IMG/VR virus record: IMGVR_UViG_3300030202_002822
Length of the DNA: 64,000 nucleotides
DNA from: a virus
Strand: one strand, 5' to 3'
Position numbers and translations under genes: made by a program
The notes under the pieces: model-generated
What the model was told of the DNA's origin: nothing
Database searches by the model: none
The model's input: only the letters and a program-made list of their open reading frames with translations
In this document: positions 22,156 to 32,446 of the stretch, one piece after another
Numbering within the stretch: position 1 is the first letter of the stretch
How the letters are laid out: each line of letters begins with the position of its first letter

Positions 22156-24845
22156 TGAGCTACCAAGAAAAAATATATAGTCAAAATGGTAAATGTGATA
22201 GAAACTTTACAGGTCCAGTAGTAAACACAAGTTCAGACATATGTGTATTTAACAGACCATCATTTACAATGAGTGGTGCAAGTAGTATTGATTGTCCTGA
22301 AATAACTTGTAGTATTAGTGGAGTACCATATAATGACTTATTTACAGGGACTACCGAATGTTTTGAAACAAGCGCACTATCAGGTTCATGTTTCAATAGT
22401 ATTGATTGGGTAACCAACGTGTACGAGGATGACGTTTTAAAGTACTCTAACGAGATACATAGCTCAACTAGTCTTACTGGGTCAGTTATTGACATAACCA
22501 CCTTTAGTGGTTCCGTAGTAACCGCATTCAATACACTTAATTACGACTATTCGTTTAGTGGTACAGAATTTACAATAGATAAAGAAGTTAGGTTTGAAAA
22601 TATAAAACTAGAATTAACTACTAAGTTAGATTATGACGCAAACTGTCCTGTAACTGGCAACACCACTGGGTTTACATCATGTAGTTGTCCAGCTGGATAC
22701 ACAGCAACTACAGCATTAGATGACTGTCAAAAATTCACAATAACAGCCTCAACTTTTAACGGTCTTGGTCCAACAATAGGGCTACTACCCAACAACAAAA
22801 AGCTGTCAGATTATGCAAGATTTGGGGCTAGATTCTACGAAGACGCAACAACAAGACCAAAACCCTTAGTCAAGGTTAATAGTAGTAACGCATTAGAAGA
22901 CAACTCTAATAGTGTACTTACATATGAAAGCGTAATTAGTAATTTATGGGGTGATGATGACGCAAACAAGGGTAGATTAAACAACGCAGGTTTAAATATG
23001 CCACAAACAGGTTCAACCTGGTATGGATTTAGTAAGTGTGTAGATATACCTTCATCTGGTGTATACAACATAGGTATAGCTGCGGACAATCAATGCCGAC
23101 TCAGAATAGACGGTGAATTGTTACTTAACTTAAACGCTAGTAACACATTTTCATTTAATTACTGGCATGTGATACCAATAACATTAACCTCTGGTAAACA
23201 TATAGTTGAAATGGAAGCCATGAATGACGCTGGTACAGACGGAGCATTTGGGGCTGAGATTTACAATGCAACATCAGAGGTTTTATCTGGATACACTACA
23301 GAAGCTCAATTATCAGCTGTTACAATATTTACAACAACTGACTTTGCAGGTGGTTATTGGAATTTAGGTGAAAGTGGGTCTAGTGCTGGATATTACTGCC
23401 CTACTGGATATTCTTTAAATACATGTGGGGGTGGTCTAACAGAATGTATTAAGATTGAAAACGCAGATATAACGTGTGTATTTACTGGAGCTTGCGAAAC
23501 AAAAGAAACAGTATGTGATTTAGACTTCAGCGGTATAACACTTAATGATAGCAATGTATACGTGTTAACGGGTGAAACTGAAGCATTTGATTTGACATTT
23601 GACTTTACAGCAAATACGGAATCATTTGAAACGGCAAATGCTTTATTTAAATATGATATTTATAAATTTATACCAGAATTAGGTTATTTCAACAACACAC
23701 CTGTATTCACTTCAGACTATTACGAATGGTCTAGTATTAGTGGAACAAGTGCATTTACAACTTCAGTAACAGCAAATACTATAAATCCAGACGGTGAATA
23801 TTTAGTTAAAGGTCATTACATACATGATATTTGTACTGAATTTGCTAGCAAACTGAACTACAAGTATTCAACAATATTAGATACTAGTGGAGATTCGTTT
23901 GGCTTATACAAACCAACTAGGGACTTTTATTTTATAGCCTTTAGTGATGCCGACGTTCCTCAACTAACACCAGTTGACACTGGTACAAACCCAATAGGTG
24001 CGTTAACAGTTAGCAGCCTAATGTTGGATGGTTCTACATCAGAATTTTTATTACCATTTAGTCCAGGGGATTATATAATATCATTAAACGGTATTACATT
24101 ATCACCAGAGTTAGATTACTCTATAAATGTTGTTGATAACGGTACTTTTGTAACTAACACTGTATTACTATCTGGTGCAACTGTTAGTGGTGATGTATTA
24201 ACGTATGCATACACTAACAGTGAATTAAGCAACAATATCAAGTCCGATACATTTGATATTGATAGCCCAATAATTAGTGGCGCTACTAATGCTCAAGGTG
24301 AAAATAAAGTTTATTTTAATACCGACACCAATAAGTATGAGATATATCTAAGCATGACACCTATAACCAATAACGATATAGCGATAACCTTAAACGGTGT
24401 GTCATTAGCTATAAATATAGACTACTATCAGTCAATAACTAACCCTAATAGAATAATATTTGAGGGATATTTAGCACCTAACGACATATTAAACGCTTAT
24501 TATAATACAAATACAAACGCACAAGGTAATCAATTTGGGACATCAATAAATGTTGGATGGACAATAGAAAACCCACCTAGTCAAGTTAACGGTATTTTCA
24601 CTCTTGAAATTTCAACTAATAAAAACTTTACAAATATAATATCTTCAGCCACCACACTATACAGTATAGGCGTAACTAGTTATTCCGCTACTGCTAATTT
24701 ATTAGGTAATGTTGGTGATAAACAATATTATAGGATTAAAAATGATAAGGATTTCACAACACTATGTAATGAGAAGATTAAAACATCAGCATTTAGTGAA
24801 ATTTCAAATATAACAATACAAACAAATGTAAATAATGCCTACTAA
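22155..24845 (+). CDS. Tail/fibre-associated protein with a PA14-like domain
   Basis: 896 aa; second copy of the AAD(D/N)..R..I.GE domain flanked by CPxGY motifs. Confidence 0.65.
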   Translation: MSYQEKIYSQNGKCDRNFTGPVVNTSSDICVFNRPSFTMSGASSIDCPEITCSISGVPYNDLFTGTTECFETSALSGSCFNSIDWVTNVYEDDVLKYSNEIHSSTSLTGSVIDITTFSGSVVTAFNTLNYDYSFSGTEFTIDKEVRFENIKLELTTKLDYDANCPVTGNTTGFTSCSCPAGYTATTALDDCQKFTITASTFNGLGPTIGLLPNNKKLSDYARFGARFYEDATTRPKPLVKVNSSNALEDNSNSVLTYESVISNLWGDDDANKGRLNNAGLNMPQTGSTWYGFSKCVDIPSSGVYNIGIAADNQCRLRIDGELLLNLNASNTFSFNYWHVIPITLTSGKHIVEMEAMNDAGTDGAFGAEIYNATSEVLSGYTTEAQLSAVTIFTTTDFAGGYWNLGESGSSAGYYCPTGYSLNTCGGGLTECIKIENADITCVFTGACETKETVCDLDFSGITLNDSNVYVLTGETEAFDLTFDFTANTESFETANALFKYDIYKFIPELGYFNNTPVFTSDYYEWSSISGTSAFTTSVTANTINPDGEYLVKGHYIHDICTEFASKLNYKYSTILDTSGDSFGLYKPTRDFYFIAFSDADVPQLTPVDTGTNPIGALTVSSLMLDGSTSEFLLPFSPGDYIISLNGITLSPELDYSINVVDNGTFVTNTVLLSGATVSGDVLTYAYTNSELSNNIKSDTFDIDSPIISGATNAQGENKVYFNTDTNKYEIYLSMTPITNNDIAITLNGVSLAINIDYYQSITNPNRIIFEGYLAPNDILNAYYNTNTNAQGNQFGTSINVGWTIENPPSQVNGIFTLEISTNKNFTNIISSATTLYSIGVTSYSATANLLGNVGDKQYYRIKNDKDFTTLCNEKIKTSAFSEISNITIQTNVNNAY

Positions 24846-24900
24846 ACATTTATTTTTTAGTATTTATTATTAAAATAAGAATAAACTATATTTATAAGAT

Positions 24901-27057
24901 ATGAGCTACATAATTAACAACACAAGCGCCTTCGTTAATATAAAGTTAACTGAAACTGGTAGACAAAAGCTAGCACAAGGACGACTAAACTTCACGTCAT
25001 GGGGTATAGGTGATTCAGAAATTAACTATGATAGAGAAGCTATACATGATTTAACTACTTCTGCTACGGATGTTTCACTTTCTGGTAGTAGTAGAATTTT
25101 AAGACCTGTTGATAGACAGCCAGATATTAAGTCGTACATTACAGCAAATAGTAACAATAATAATAACTTGAATACATTAAATTCAGGTCAAATTAGCACT
25201 ATTAAAGCGATTGTTAATAATAAAGCAATAGATAGAGGATTTTTTAGTGGTGACGGTACAACTCACATTACTTACACTTCAAGCACTTACAGTCAAGGGA
25301 CTAGTACTGTTGTATCACTAGCTGGTGGTAAAACACTTGTAATTGGTACTGGAGCTACATTTAATGTTGGTGATTACGTACTACTTAAAGTAGGTAATGA
25401 CACAGTAGGTACTCTTACACCAAATCAAAACACAACACCAGTACCAAACTTATGGTATAAGATAGAACAGATTACAGGTGTAGGACCATCTAAGTCTGCT
25501 ATTCTTGATAGAGAACTACCTACCAATGGTGCTTCATCAGCTGAATCTCAAATACTTATCTACCCAGGTGGTGAAGTATATGGTGCGTATGGATTTGAAA
25601 CAACAACACCGTACTGGAACAGTAATACATTAGACTTTGCTGGATGTTGTGATGTATCATGTGGTGATGTACCTGTTTGGAATCAAAACTCTGTTTGGTG
25701 TGAAAACCTTGCAGGTATGACTGGTACAGGTATTACAAATATAACAGCAACACCTAATGAAAGTTTTGAGAAATTTGGGTCTAATGGATTTTTAGGTCAA
25801 AAATTCCCATTCTTTGAAGTTGATTGTGTTGGTGATAAAATAGGAAATGATATTTGTGCTAATCCAGGTGAATCTGTGATAGACGATGCTAAGAAATCAA
25901 TATCAATACTACACTACACAAATAACACAATATCTAACTATTACGGTGAGTTCTTCTTTATTGATGGAGCTAACAACAAGACACTTTCATTACAATTACC
26001 AGACTTAATGTATCATAGAAGAAATTACGGTACAGAAAGCGGAACCACTATGGGTATGAAGTTCATAGCCACAGGTGCCACAAAATTTGTAGGTTCTTCT
26101 GACTTGGAATATGTAGACTTAATTGAAGACCCTTCATTAGTTAGTGGTGGTGAAAAAGTTGTAGGTAGGGTATTTCCACAATTAAAAACGGTAATATTTG
26201 AAGATGATGAAATTATAGCTGCAACATCCTACAAGTCTAATAGAAACTGGACACTACCAGCTCTTAAAGCTAAGCTTGTAGCACCAGCTACTGGAGCAGC
26301 AAATGGTGTTTTACCTACGAAAAAAACAATGTATATTACATATAGTTTTGAAAACACTACTGGTTCTGGACTTACTACAACCCTACCAGCTCAGTATTAC
26401 ACAAAAATAGAAAATAATACATCAACAGCTAAGGATGTCGAATTCAATATTGAAAGTATTGATTTACTACCGTATATGAGAAAAGAAGAAAAAGCTGGTT
26501 ATGATGGAATGGGGTTCTCAGCTAAGGAGTTTAAGGTATTATATCAAATAGTAGAAGATTCAGATGATAGACCGTTATCAAACGCTTGGAAAGTTCATGA
26601 CTTTACTAGTACTGCGATAACAACAGTAGCTAATGAAACAATAGACCCAAAGTTGTTAGAAATTCAAAATCCAACAACAAATGGTTTCTTAATAGATTCA
26701 ACAGTATCTGGAAGTACAAACACTTTTAGTATCATAGATTCATTAGATATGGCAACAAACTCTTCACCTGAAAAACTTCAGTTTGGGGATGAGAGATTCT
26801 TTTATGGTAACTTAGAAACTTATATTGGTGCCACAATATTTAAAACGGTTTTTAATATTAACTTATCAGCGGACGACTTTCAAACTACAGCCAACCCAAC
26901 CAGGCCTAATAGCCTTGTAAATCCTCCAGACATTAGAGTGACTGAGGTTGGTATTTATGATGACGACAATTCATTGGTAATGATTGGTAAATTAAGTAAG
27001 CCAGTTAAATTAAGCTCAGGTAACACTGTAATGCTTGAATTAGCAATTGACTTTTAA
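24901..27057 (+). CDS. Tail/baseplate protein with C-terminal collar-fibre-like domain
   Basis: N-terminal KLTETGRQKLA; C-terminal IRVTEVGIYDDDNSLVMIGKLSKP. Confidence 0.65.
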   Translation: MSYIINNTSAFVNIKLTETGRQKLAQGRLNFTSWGIGDSEINYDREAIHDLTTSATDVSLSGSSRILRPVDRQPDIKSYITANSNNNNNLNTLNSGQISTIKAIVNNKAIDRGFFSGDGTTHITYTSSTYSQGTSTVVSLAGGKTLVIGTGATFNVGDYVLLKVGNDTVGTLTPNQNTTPVPNLWYKIEQITGVGPSKSAILDRELPTNGASSAESQILIYPGGEVYGAYGFETTTPYWNSNTLDFAGCCDVSCGDVPVWNQNSVWCENLAGMTGTGITNITATPNESFEKFGSNGFLGQKFPFFEVDCVGDKIGNDICANPGESVIDDAKKSISILHYTNNTISNYYGEFFFIDGANNKTLSLQLPDLMYHRRNYGTESGTTMGMKFIATGATKFVGSSDLEYVDLIEDPSLVSGGEKVVGRVFPQLKTVIFEDDEIIAATSYKSNRNWTLPALKAKLVAPATGAANGVLPTKKTMYITYSFENTTGSGLTTTLPAQYYTKIENNTSTAKDVEFNIESIDLLPYMRKEEKAGYDGMGFSAKEFKVLYQIVEDSDDRPLSNAWKVHDFTSTAITTVANETIDPKLLEIQNPTTNGFLIDSTVSGSTNTFSIIDSLDMATNSSPEKLQFGDERFFYGNLETYIGATIFKTVFNINLSADDFQTTANPTRPNSLVNPPDIRVTEVGIYDDDNSLVMIGKLSKPVKLSSGNTVMLELAIDF

Positions 27058-27071
27058 AAAAAAATATATAG

Positions 27072-28274
27072 ATGGGATTTTTAGATAACACAACAAACTA
27101 CGAACTAATTGCGAAATTAACGCCGCAAGGAAGAACAAGATTAATTACTAGTACAAATAGTTTAATTAAGACATTTAGCCTTGGTGACTCAGATGCATAT
27201 TACGCTACATTATCAGGGCTTACTGGCGGTGAAGTTCCAGCTGTGTCTGGTAATTATAACGGTAAAGATGTTAGTAATGGTGGGAGTAATTACATGCTTA
27301 GAAGCACTCTTAGTTACAACGCTAACACTGACAAGAAACCAGTTGATATCGCATCTATGTCAGTTAGTACTTCACATGAACATCTTGGATATAATATGTT
27401 ACACTTTAGTGGTAATGTCATCACACAAAACTTAGTTTCTCTTTATGATACACAAACTGACAGACTTACAAATTTATACTATTCATTCGGACTACCAATA
27501 ACTCCACAAGAATTAAATACTTATACTGGACTTACAATCAATCAAGGTGGTTTAAAGAACACAGCACTTAGTAATCTTGCTCAAACAAAAATACTTGTAG
27601 TAGGGGTTGATATTAAAGAATATTCTGAATTAATAGATGGTAAAAGTATTAAGTTAAATATAGAAACAAGTGCTTCAACATACACTATATATGGTTCTTA
27701 TGAAAATACAAGTACAATATTAACTAATCAAGACGCTTCAGTGGTTGACAAATCTTTAAACATAACTAGATTTGGACCTAACAGAGCCCTACTTTTTTCA
27801 GATTCTATTCAAAAACCAAATAATGACTCAAGCAAGAGTTGGGCAACTGGTTACGGGCAGAGCAAACCATTCAGTGTAAATGGTAAGGAATTATATAATG
27901 TTACAACAAATGCAAACGTATCTAAGGTTGCTGACAAACCAATAGGTATTGCTTATTTAGACAAGGGGTTTATGGTGATAACAGAACCAACAATAGTTAA
28001 TTCATTTAACTCTAGTTACTCTGGAGCCACTGGAACGACAATTAATTTTGACACGGTTAGAAACAAGGTGTCTCAATCAATTACATGTATTGCAAATAGA
28101 GGGGAGTTTGGAGTATCTAATAATCCAACGTGGAGTCCTGGGGATACACCTAGAATTACTGAGGTAGGGCTTTTCGATTCCAGCAACACACTTATTGCAA
28201 TTGGTAAGCTAAATAAGACATATGAAAAATCAGCTAATGATTTTGTAGCCTTTAATATAACAATAGACTATTAA
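27072..28274 (+). CDS. Tail/baseplate protein, paralogous to the upstream gene
   Basis: N-terminal AKLTPQGRTRL and TFSLGDSD; C-terminal PRITEVGLFDSSNTLIAIGKLNK. Confidence 0.65.
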   Translation: MGFLDNTTNYELIAKLTPQGRTRLITSTNSLIKTFSLGDSDAYYATLSGLTGGEVPAVSGNYNGKDVSNGGSNYMLRSTLSYNANTDKKPVDIASMSVSTSHEHLGYNMLHFSGNVITQNLVSLYDTQTDRLTNLYYSFGLPITPQELNTYTGLTINQGGLKNTALSNLAQTKILVVGVDIKEYSELIDGKSIKLNIETSASTYTIYGSYENTSTILTNQDASVVDKSLNITRFGPNRALLFSDSIQKPNNDSSKSWATGYGQSKPFSVNGKELYNVTTNANVSKVADKPIGIAYLDKGFMVITEPTIVNSFNSSYSGATGTTINFDTVRNKVSQSITCIANRGEFGVSNNPTWSPGDTPRITEVGLFDSSNTLIAIGKLNKTYEKSANDFVAFNITIDY

Positions 28275-28323
28275 TACTTTACATTCCTAAATTATTTATT
28301 ATACTTAATTAAAATAGTATATA

Positions 28324-28977
28324 ATGGAATTAGAAAACAATAAAAATAGTTTTGTATTAGGGCTTGACGTATCAACCAAGACAATAGGTATTGCCTTATT
28401 TGAAAACACTGGTAAATCAGGTAAATTAAAATTACTACACCATGTAACACCTCAGGTAAAGCCAAAACCAAAAAGTGATATGCAAACGCTTTTTGAAAAA
28501 GCTAGAATTTTTGAAGAAGAGTTCTTAATTAAATACTTAGACCTAGGTATTGACAAGGTAATAATAGAAGAACCTTTAGTACGTTCAAATAACGTAAACA
28601 CAGTTGCAACTCTATTAAGATTCAACGGTATGATTTCTAGGTCAGTGTATGAGATTCTAGGTATAGTTCCAGACTTTATATCCTCTTATGATGCTAGGAA
28701 ATACGCATTTCCAGAATTAATGGGTAAAAGAACAAAAACTAAAGCTGGTAAACCATTTACCGAGGCTCAAATTAAAAAGAAAGACCCCGTACTTTTTGGC
28801 TCACTACCTTACGATATTGATAAGAAGCAAGTTATATTCGATAAAGTATCTGATTTGGAACCTCAAGTAACTTGGCTTTACAAGAAAAATAGAACACTTA
28901 AAAATGAAAATTTTGACATGAGTGATGCATACACTTGTTGTTTAGGGTATATGCAAAAAGAAGGTTTTTGGTCTTAA
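28324..28977 (+). CDS. ruvC: RuvC-like Holliday junction resolvase
   Basis: LGLDVST, VIIEE and FDMSDA acidic catalytic set of the RNase H fold. Confidence 0.8.
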   Translation: MELENNKNSFVLGLDVSTKTIGIALFENTGKSGKLKLLHHVTPQVKPKPKSDMQTLFEKARIFEEEFLIKYLDLGIDKVIIEEPLVRSNNVNTVATLLRFNGMISRSVYEILGIVPDFISSYDARKYAFPELMGKRTKTKAGKPFTEAQIKKKDPVLFGSLPYDIDKKQVIFDKVSDLEPQVTWLYKKNRTLKNENFDMSDAYTCCLGYMQKEGFWS

Positions 28978-28980
28978 AAT

Positions 28981-29011
28981 TTGCAATTTAAATAAAATTT
29001 TAATATATTTG
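28981..29011 (+). promoter_or_regulatory. Early/host-sigma-type promoter
   Basis: TTGCAA-N17-TATATTTG upstream of primase; contains the Bacteroidota -7 TAnnTTTG element. Confidence 0.7.
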
Positions 29012-29016
29012 ATTTT

Positions 29017-29979
29017 ATGTCTCAAATAATATCAGATATTTTAAAACAATTTCTAGGTGAACCAGCTGAGCATAACGAGAGTAGTGGACAAATGTCGTTT
29101 GATTGTCCAGCCTGTGCTGAAGATAAAGGGCTACCTAATGGTTGTGGTGATGGTAAACATAAACTAGCATTAAATTATAAAAAAAATATATACCAGTGTT
29201 GGGTATGTAAATTTGAAAACAACATGCATGGTACAGTACCAAACCTTATAAAAAGGTATGGGAATAATAAAATTCTAAAAGAGTATCAAATAGTAAGACC
29301 TAATAACTTTGATACCAACCATCAAACTATAGAAATTAAACCAGACTTAAAGTTACCAGTAGACTACAAAAAAATATCAGAATCAAACTACAACGACCTT
29401 AACTACGGCAAGGCTTACAGATACTTAAGAGAACGTGGTATAACAGATACCATTATTAAAGACTATAACATTGGATTCACTGTAACTGGTAAATATCACA
29501 ATAGAATTATTATACCATCTTATGATGAATCAGGTGATTTAAATTACTTCATATCAAGAGCTTGGGATAAATGGAAAAAACCAAAATATTTTAACCCAGA
29601 TATACCAAAACAAGAATTTATATTTAACGAACACACTATTAATTGGGATGGTACGATATATTTAGTCGAAGGAGTGTTTGACCATATAGTGGTTCCTAAC
29701 TCAATCCCATTGTTGGGTAAAACCATGTACCCTAAATTAAAAACAATGTTATTTAATAATGCTAAATCAGATATTGTAATACTCTTAGATGATGATGCTA
29801 ATGATAACGCTATTGAAATTTATAAAGACTTAAATACTGGTACACTATATAACAGAATAAAGAAGTGTACACCACCAACAGACACTGACCCATCGTTAAT
29901 ATTTGAAAGAGAAGGTAATCGTGGTATTATTAAATTACTTAGAAGTTCAGAAAAGATACTAGAAAGTAATCTTTATTAA
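29017..29979 (+). CDS. dnaG: DNA primase (DnaG-like, Zn finger + TOPRIM)
   Basis: CPAC...CWVC Zn ribbon; RIIIPSYD; YLVEG...LLDDD TOPRIM motifs. Confidence 0.9.
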   Translation: MSQIISDILKQFLGEPAEHNESSGQMSFDCPACAEDKGLPNGCGDGKHKLALNYKKNIYQCWVCKFENNMHGTVPNLIKRYGNNKILKEYQIVRPNNFDTNHQTIEIKPDLKLPVDYKKISESNYNDLNYGKAYRYLRERGITDTIIKDYNIGFTVTGKYHNRIIIPSYDESGDLNYFISRAWDKWKKPKYFNPDIPKQEFIFNEHTINWDGTIYLVEGVFDHIVVPNSIPLLGKTMYPKLKTMLFNNAKSDIVILLDDDANDNAIEIYKDLNTGTLYNRIKKCTPPTDTDPSLIFEREGNRGIIKLLRSSEKILESNLY

Positions 29980-30611
29980 TTATAAGATGCTTGCCATAAA
30001 TCATCACCAATCTTAGACGCCAATTCATAAGTATCTTCATCGTATTGTTGTGCGGTACCTAACAAAGCCTCATAGTCTTTATTTGGTTCCATAGTATAAC
30101 CTGAGTTAAATATGATTAGAGCCTCTTTTTCGTTATCTGTTAATTCATCAAAAGCCTCTTGTCTTTCATCATCTTCAACTTCGCTAGTTGGAAATAAAAT
30201 ATCATAGTTAAAGTTTTTATCAGTCGGTTGTAATGTTTTTTTAATAACATCTTCTCTATTATACATTTTCTCCCAAACTTTAAAAGCTTCACTTCTAATA
30301 TCACCACCTCTAGTTGGTGTTATTAGGTTATTATGTTTATCATTAACATACATCATAGCTAACTCATACATTAAAGGACCGACACCCTTTTTAGCCGCTA
30401 CTGATATAACATATTGAAAGTCAGATATGTTTTTATTGTAAACGAAATTAATGATTCCATAAGCTTCTTTTGACTCTGGATTAAACAAAACCAACTCATT
30501 ACTATTTAATTCTTTTACAAATAAACCAGTACCAGCAGGTAATTGCCCAGCACTAACCATAACTTCACTCAATAAAGACTCTCTAAGTAATTTTTTTATT
30601 AAATTTTTCAT
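29976..30611 (-). CDS. Putative GNAT-fold protein with MKNLIKKLLRE leader (start revised to 30611)
   Basis: TATTTATA lies 8 nt upstream of the ATG at 30611; KKGVGPLMYELAM resembles GNAT motif A. Confidence 0.55.
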   Translation of the reverse strand: MKNLIKKLLRESLLSEVMVSAGQLPAGTGLFVKELNSNELVLFNPESKEAYGIINFVYNKNISDFQYVISVAAKKGVGPLMYELAMMYVNDKHNNLITPTRGGDIRSEAFKVWEKMYNREDVIKKTLQPTDKNFNYDILFPTSEVEDDERQEAFDELTDNEKEALIIFNSGYTMEPNKDYEALLGTAQQYDEDTYELASKIGDDLWQASYN

Positions 30612-30628
30612 ATCTTTACTATAAATAG

Positions 30629-30659
30629 TTGAAATATACATAAAAAATAGATATATTCG
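30629..30659 (+). promoter_or_regulatory. Early-type promoter
   Basis: TTGAAA-N17-TATATTCG upstream of the nuclease/SbcCD block. Confidence 0.55.
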
Positions 30660-30675
30660 CAACTAAATAACATTT

Positions 30676-31626
30676 GTGAATAAAAAAGAAACAAAAAAGG
30701 AACTATTAAGAATCGGTCAGGAAATTAGGGACTTAATAGATAATAAACAAAAGGAGCTTGAACTTTCATTCGTTGAAGATGACCACATTTACTACATTAA
30801 AGATAAAAACGGAAAAATCCGTACTGACTTCCCTAGTGTATCTACAGTAATCAAGCAATTCTATAATGACTTTCCAGCACTTGACAAATCATTAGAGATG
30901 TCCAATGGTGATATTATAAAACAAGATGAACTACTTAGAGAATGGGCAGGCACGGCAGATTACGCAAATAATAAGGGGTCTAGAGTTCATTATCTACTTG
31001 AAATGGATTTACTTAGTGAATACGGGTCATATAAAGAAGTTAGGAAACCACACTTTGAGTGTGACGAACAACAAATTATTGACGGCAATCGTATGATTGA
31101 TGCTGGGCATAACTTTATAAGGAAAATGCATAGAAGAGGTGCAGTATTATTAGACACAGAAATGGTATTAGGTAGTTCTGACTTAGAATACACAGGGCAA
31201 CCTGACAAGATGTGGATTATGTTCGATAAAGAAGGTAATTTAGGTGTGGTCATTAGCGATTGGAAAACCAATAAACCAAAGAACTTTCAAGTACACGCAT
31301 ACACCGAACCAATGCTCCCACCATTTGAGGACCACATGGACACTGCGTTAGCTCACTACATGATTCAGTTACCACTTTACATAAGATTGTTTTTAGATAT
31401 GCTTAAGGGTACTAAGTATGAAAATATAAAAGTTTTGGGTGGGATTATCGTTCATTTAACAGCTGAAGGTATTTTCACAGAATACAGAATACCAAAGTCA
31501 TTTAGTGACACTGTATTAACCATGCCACCACTACCAAGAATAAAAGAAGTAATGGCTAAGAAATACAGCGATATTGAGAGAGAGAAAAAAAGAATAGAAG
31601 AGTTAGATAAGTTATTAAAGGGTTAA
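30676..31626 (+). CDS. PD-(D/E)xK exonuclease (Cas4/RecB-like superfamily)
   Basis: PSVSTVI, GSRVH, E...GQPD...ISDWKT, YMIQL..Y motifs; GTG start. Confidence 0.85.
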   Translation: MNKKETKKELLRIGQEIRDLIDNKQKELELSFVEDDHIYYIKDKNGKIRTDFPSVSTVIKQFYNDFPALDKSLEMSNGDIIKQDELLREWAGTADYANNKGSRVHYLLEMDLLSEYGSYKEVRKPHFECDEQQIIDGNRMIDAGHNFIRKMHRRGAVLLDTEMVLGSSDLEYTGQPDKMWIMFDKEGNLGVVISDWKTNKPKNFQVHAYTEPMLPPFEDHMDTALAHYMIQLPLYIRLFLDMLKGTKYENIKVLGGIIVHLTAEGIFTEYRIPKSFSDTVLTMPPLPRIKEVMAKKYSDIEREKKRIEELDKLLKG

Positions 31627-31629
31627 AAT

Positions 31630-32445
31630 ATGGAAATAAAGAAGATAATACATATAGCTGACATTCACATAAGAACATTCAGGATGCACGAGGAGTATGG
31701 AGCCGCTTTTAAGACGTTCTTAAAGAAGATTAGAGAATTAGTTAAACCATATAAGCGAGAAGAGATTAGAATCGTTATAGCGGGAGATTATGTACATCAA
31801 AAAATAACTATTTCTAATGAGTTACTCATACTTGGTACTTGGTTTCTTAGAAAACTAGACAAGGTTGCACCAGTTGTAATTATTCCAGGTAATCATGACC
31901 TTCTTGAAAACAACAAAGATAGAGTTGATAGTATCACACCTATGGTTAAATTACTACCAGATTTAAATATACAATACTATACTGAAACTGGTTGCTATCT
32001 TGATAATAATGTGGTATGGGATGTGTACTCTATCGTAACAGGTAGTGATAGACCAAGTATTGAAGACGCTAGGATTGACTATGGAAATGACAAGACGTAT
32101 ATTGGTTTATTTCATGGACCACTAATTGGCTCAACAACCGATATAGGGTATGAAATTGAACACGGACACAGTCTTGAGATATTTGAAGGTAATGATATTG
32201 TTATGTGTGGTGATATCCACAAGCGTCAAGAATTAAGATTTAAGAATATACCAATAGTAATGCCATCATCACTTATACAACAGAATTTTGGTGAAAAAAT
32301 AAATAAGCATGGTTTTTTATGGTGGGATGTTCAAAGTAAGACTTATGAAGAATATGATATTGAAACTGATTATGGGTTCTATCAATTTAAAATAGACTCA
32401 ATAAATGATATTGATAATGGTTCTGAAATACTAACAAATATATAA
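31630..32445 (+). CDS. sbcD: SbcD/Mre11/gp47-like nuclease subunit
   Basis: IADIH, AGD, PGNHD, FH, GDIH metallophosphoesterase motifs. Confidence 0.92.
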   Translation: MEIKKIIHIADIHIRTFRMHEEYGAAFKTFLKKIRELVKPYKREEIRIVIAGDYVHQKITISNELLILGTWFLRKLDKVAPVVIIPGNHDLLENNKDRVDSITPMVKLLPDLNIQYYTETGCYLDNNVVWDVYSIVTGSDRPSIEDARIDYGNDKTYIGLFHGPLIGSTTDIGYEIEHGHSLEIFEGNDIVMCGDIHKRQELRFKNIPIVMPSSLIQQNFGEKINKHGFLWWDVQSKTYEEYDIETDYGFYQFKIDSINDIDNGSEILTNI

Positions 32446-32446
32446 G

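Noticed and set aside
17909-24845. Diversity-generating retroelement acting on the duplicated tail domains
   Set aside because: No reverse transcriptase in the window, and the copies are diverged protein paralogs rather than near-identical repeats differing at adenines.
30676-31626. Cas4-like nuclease as evidence of a CRISPR system
   Set aside because: No repeat-spacer array or other cas genes are visible; the gene sits in a recombination block with SbcCD.
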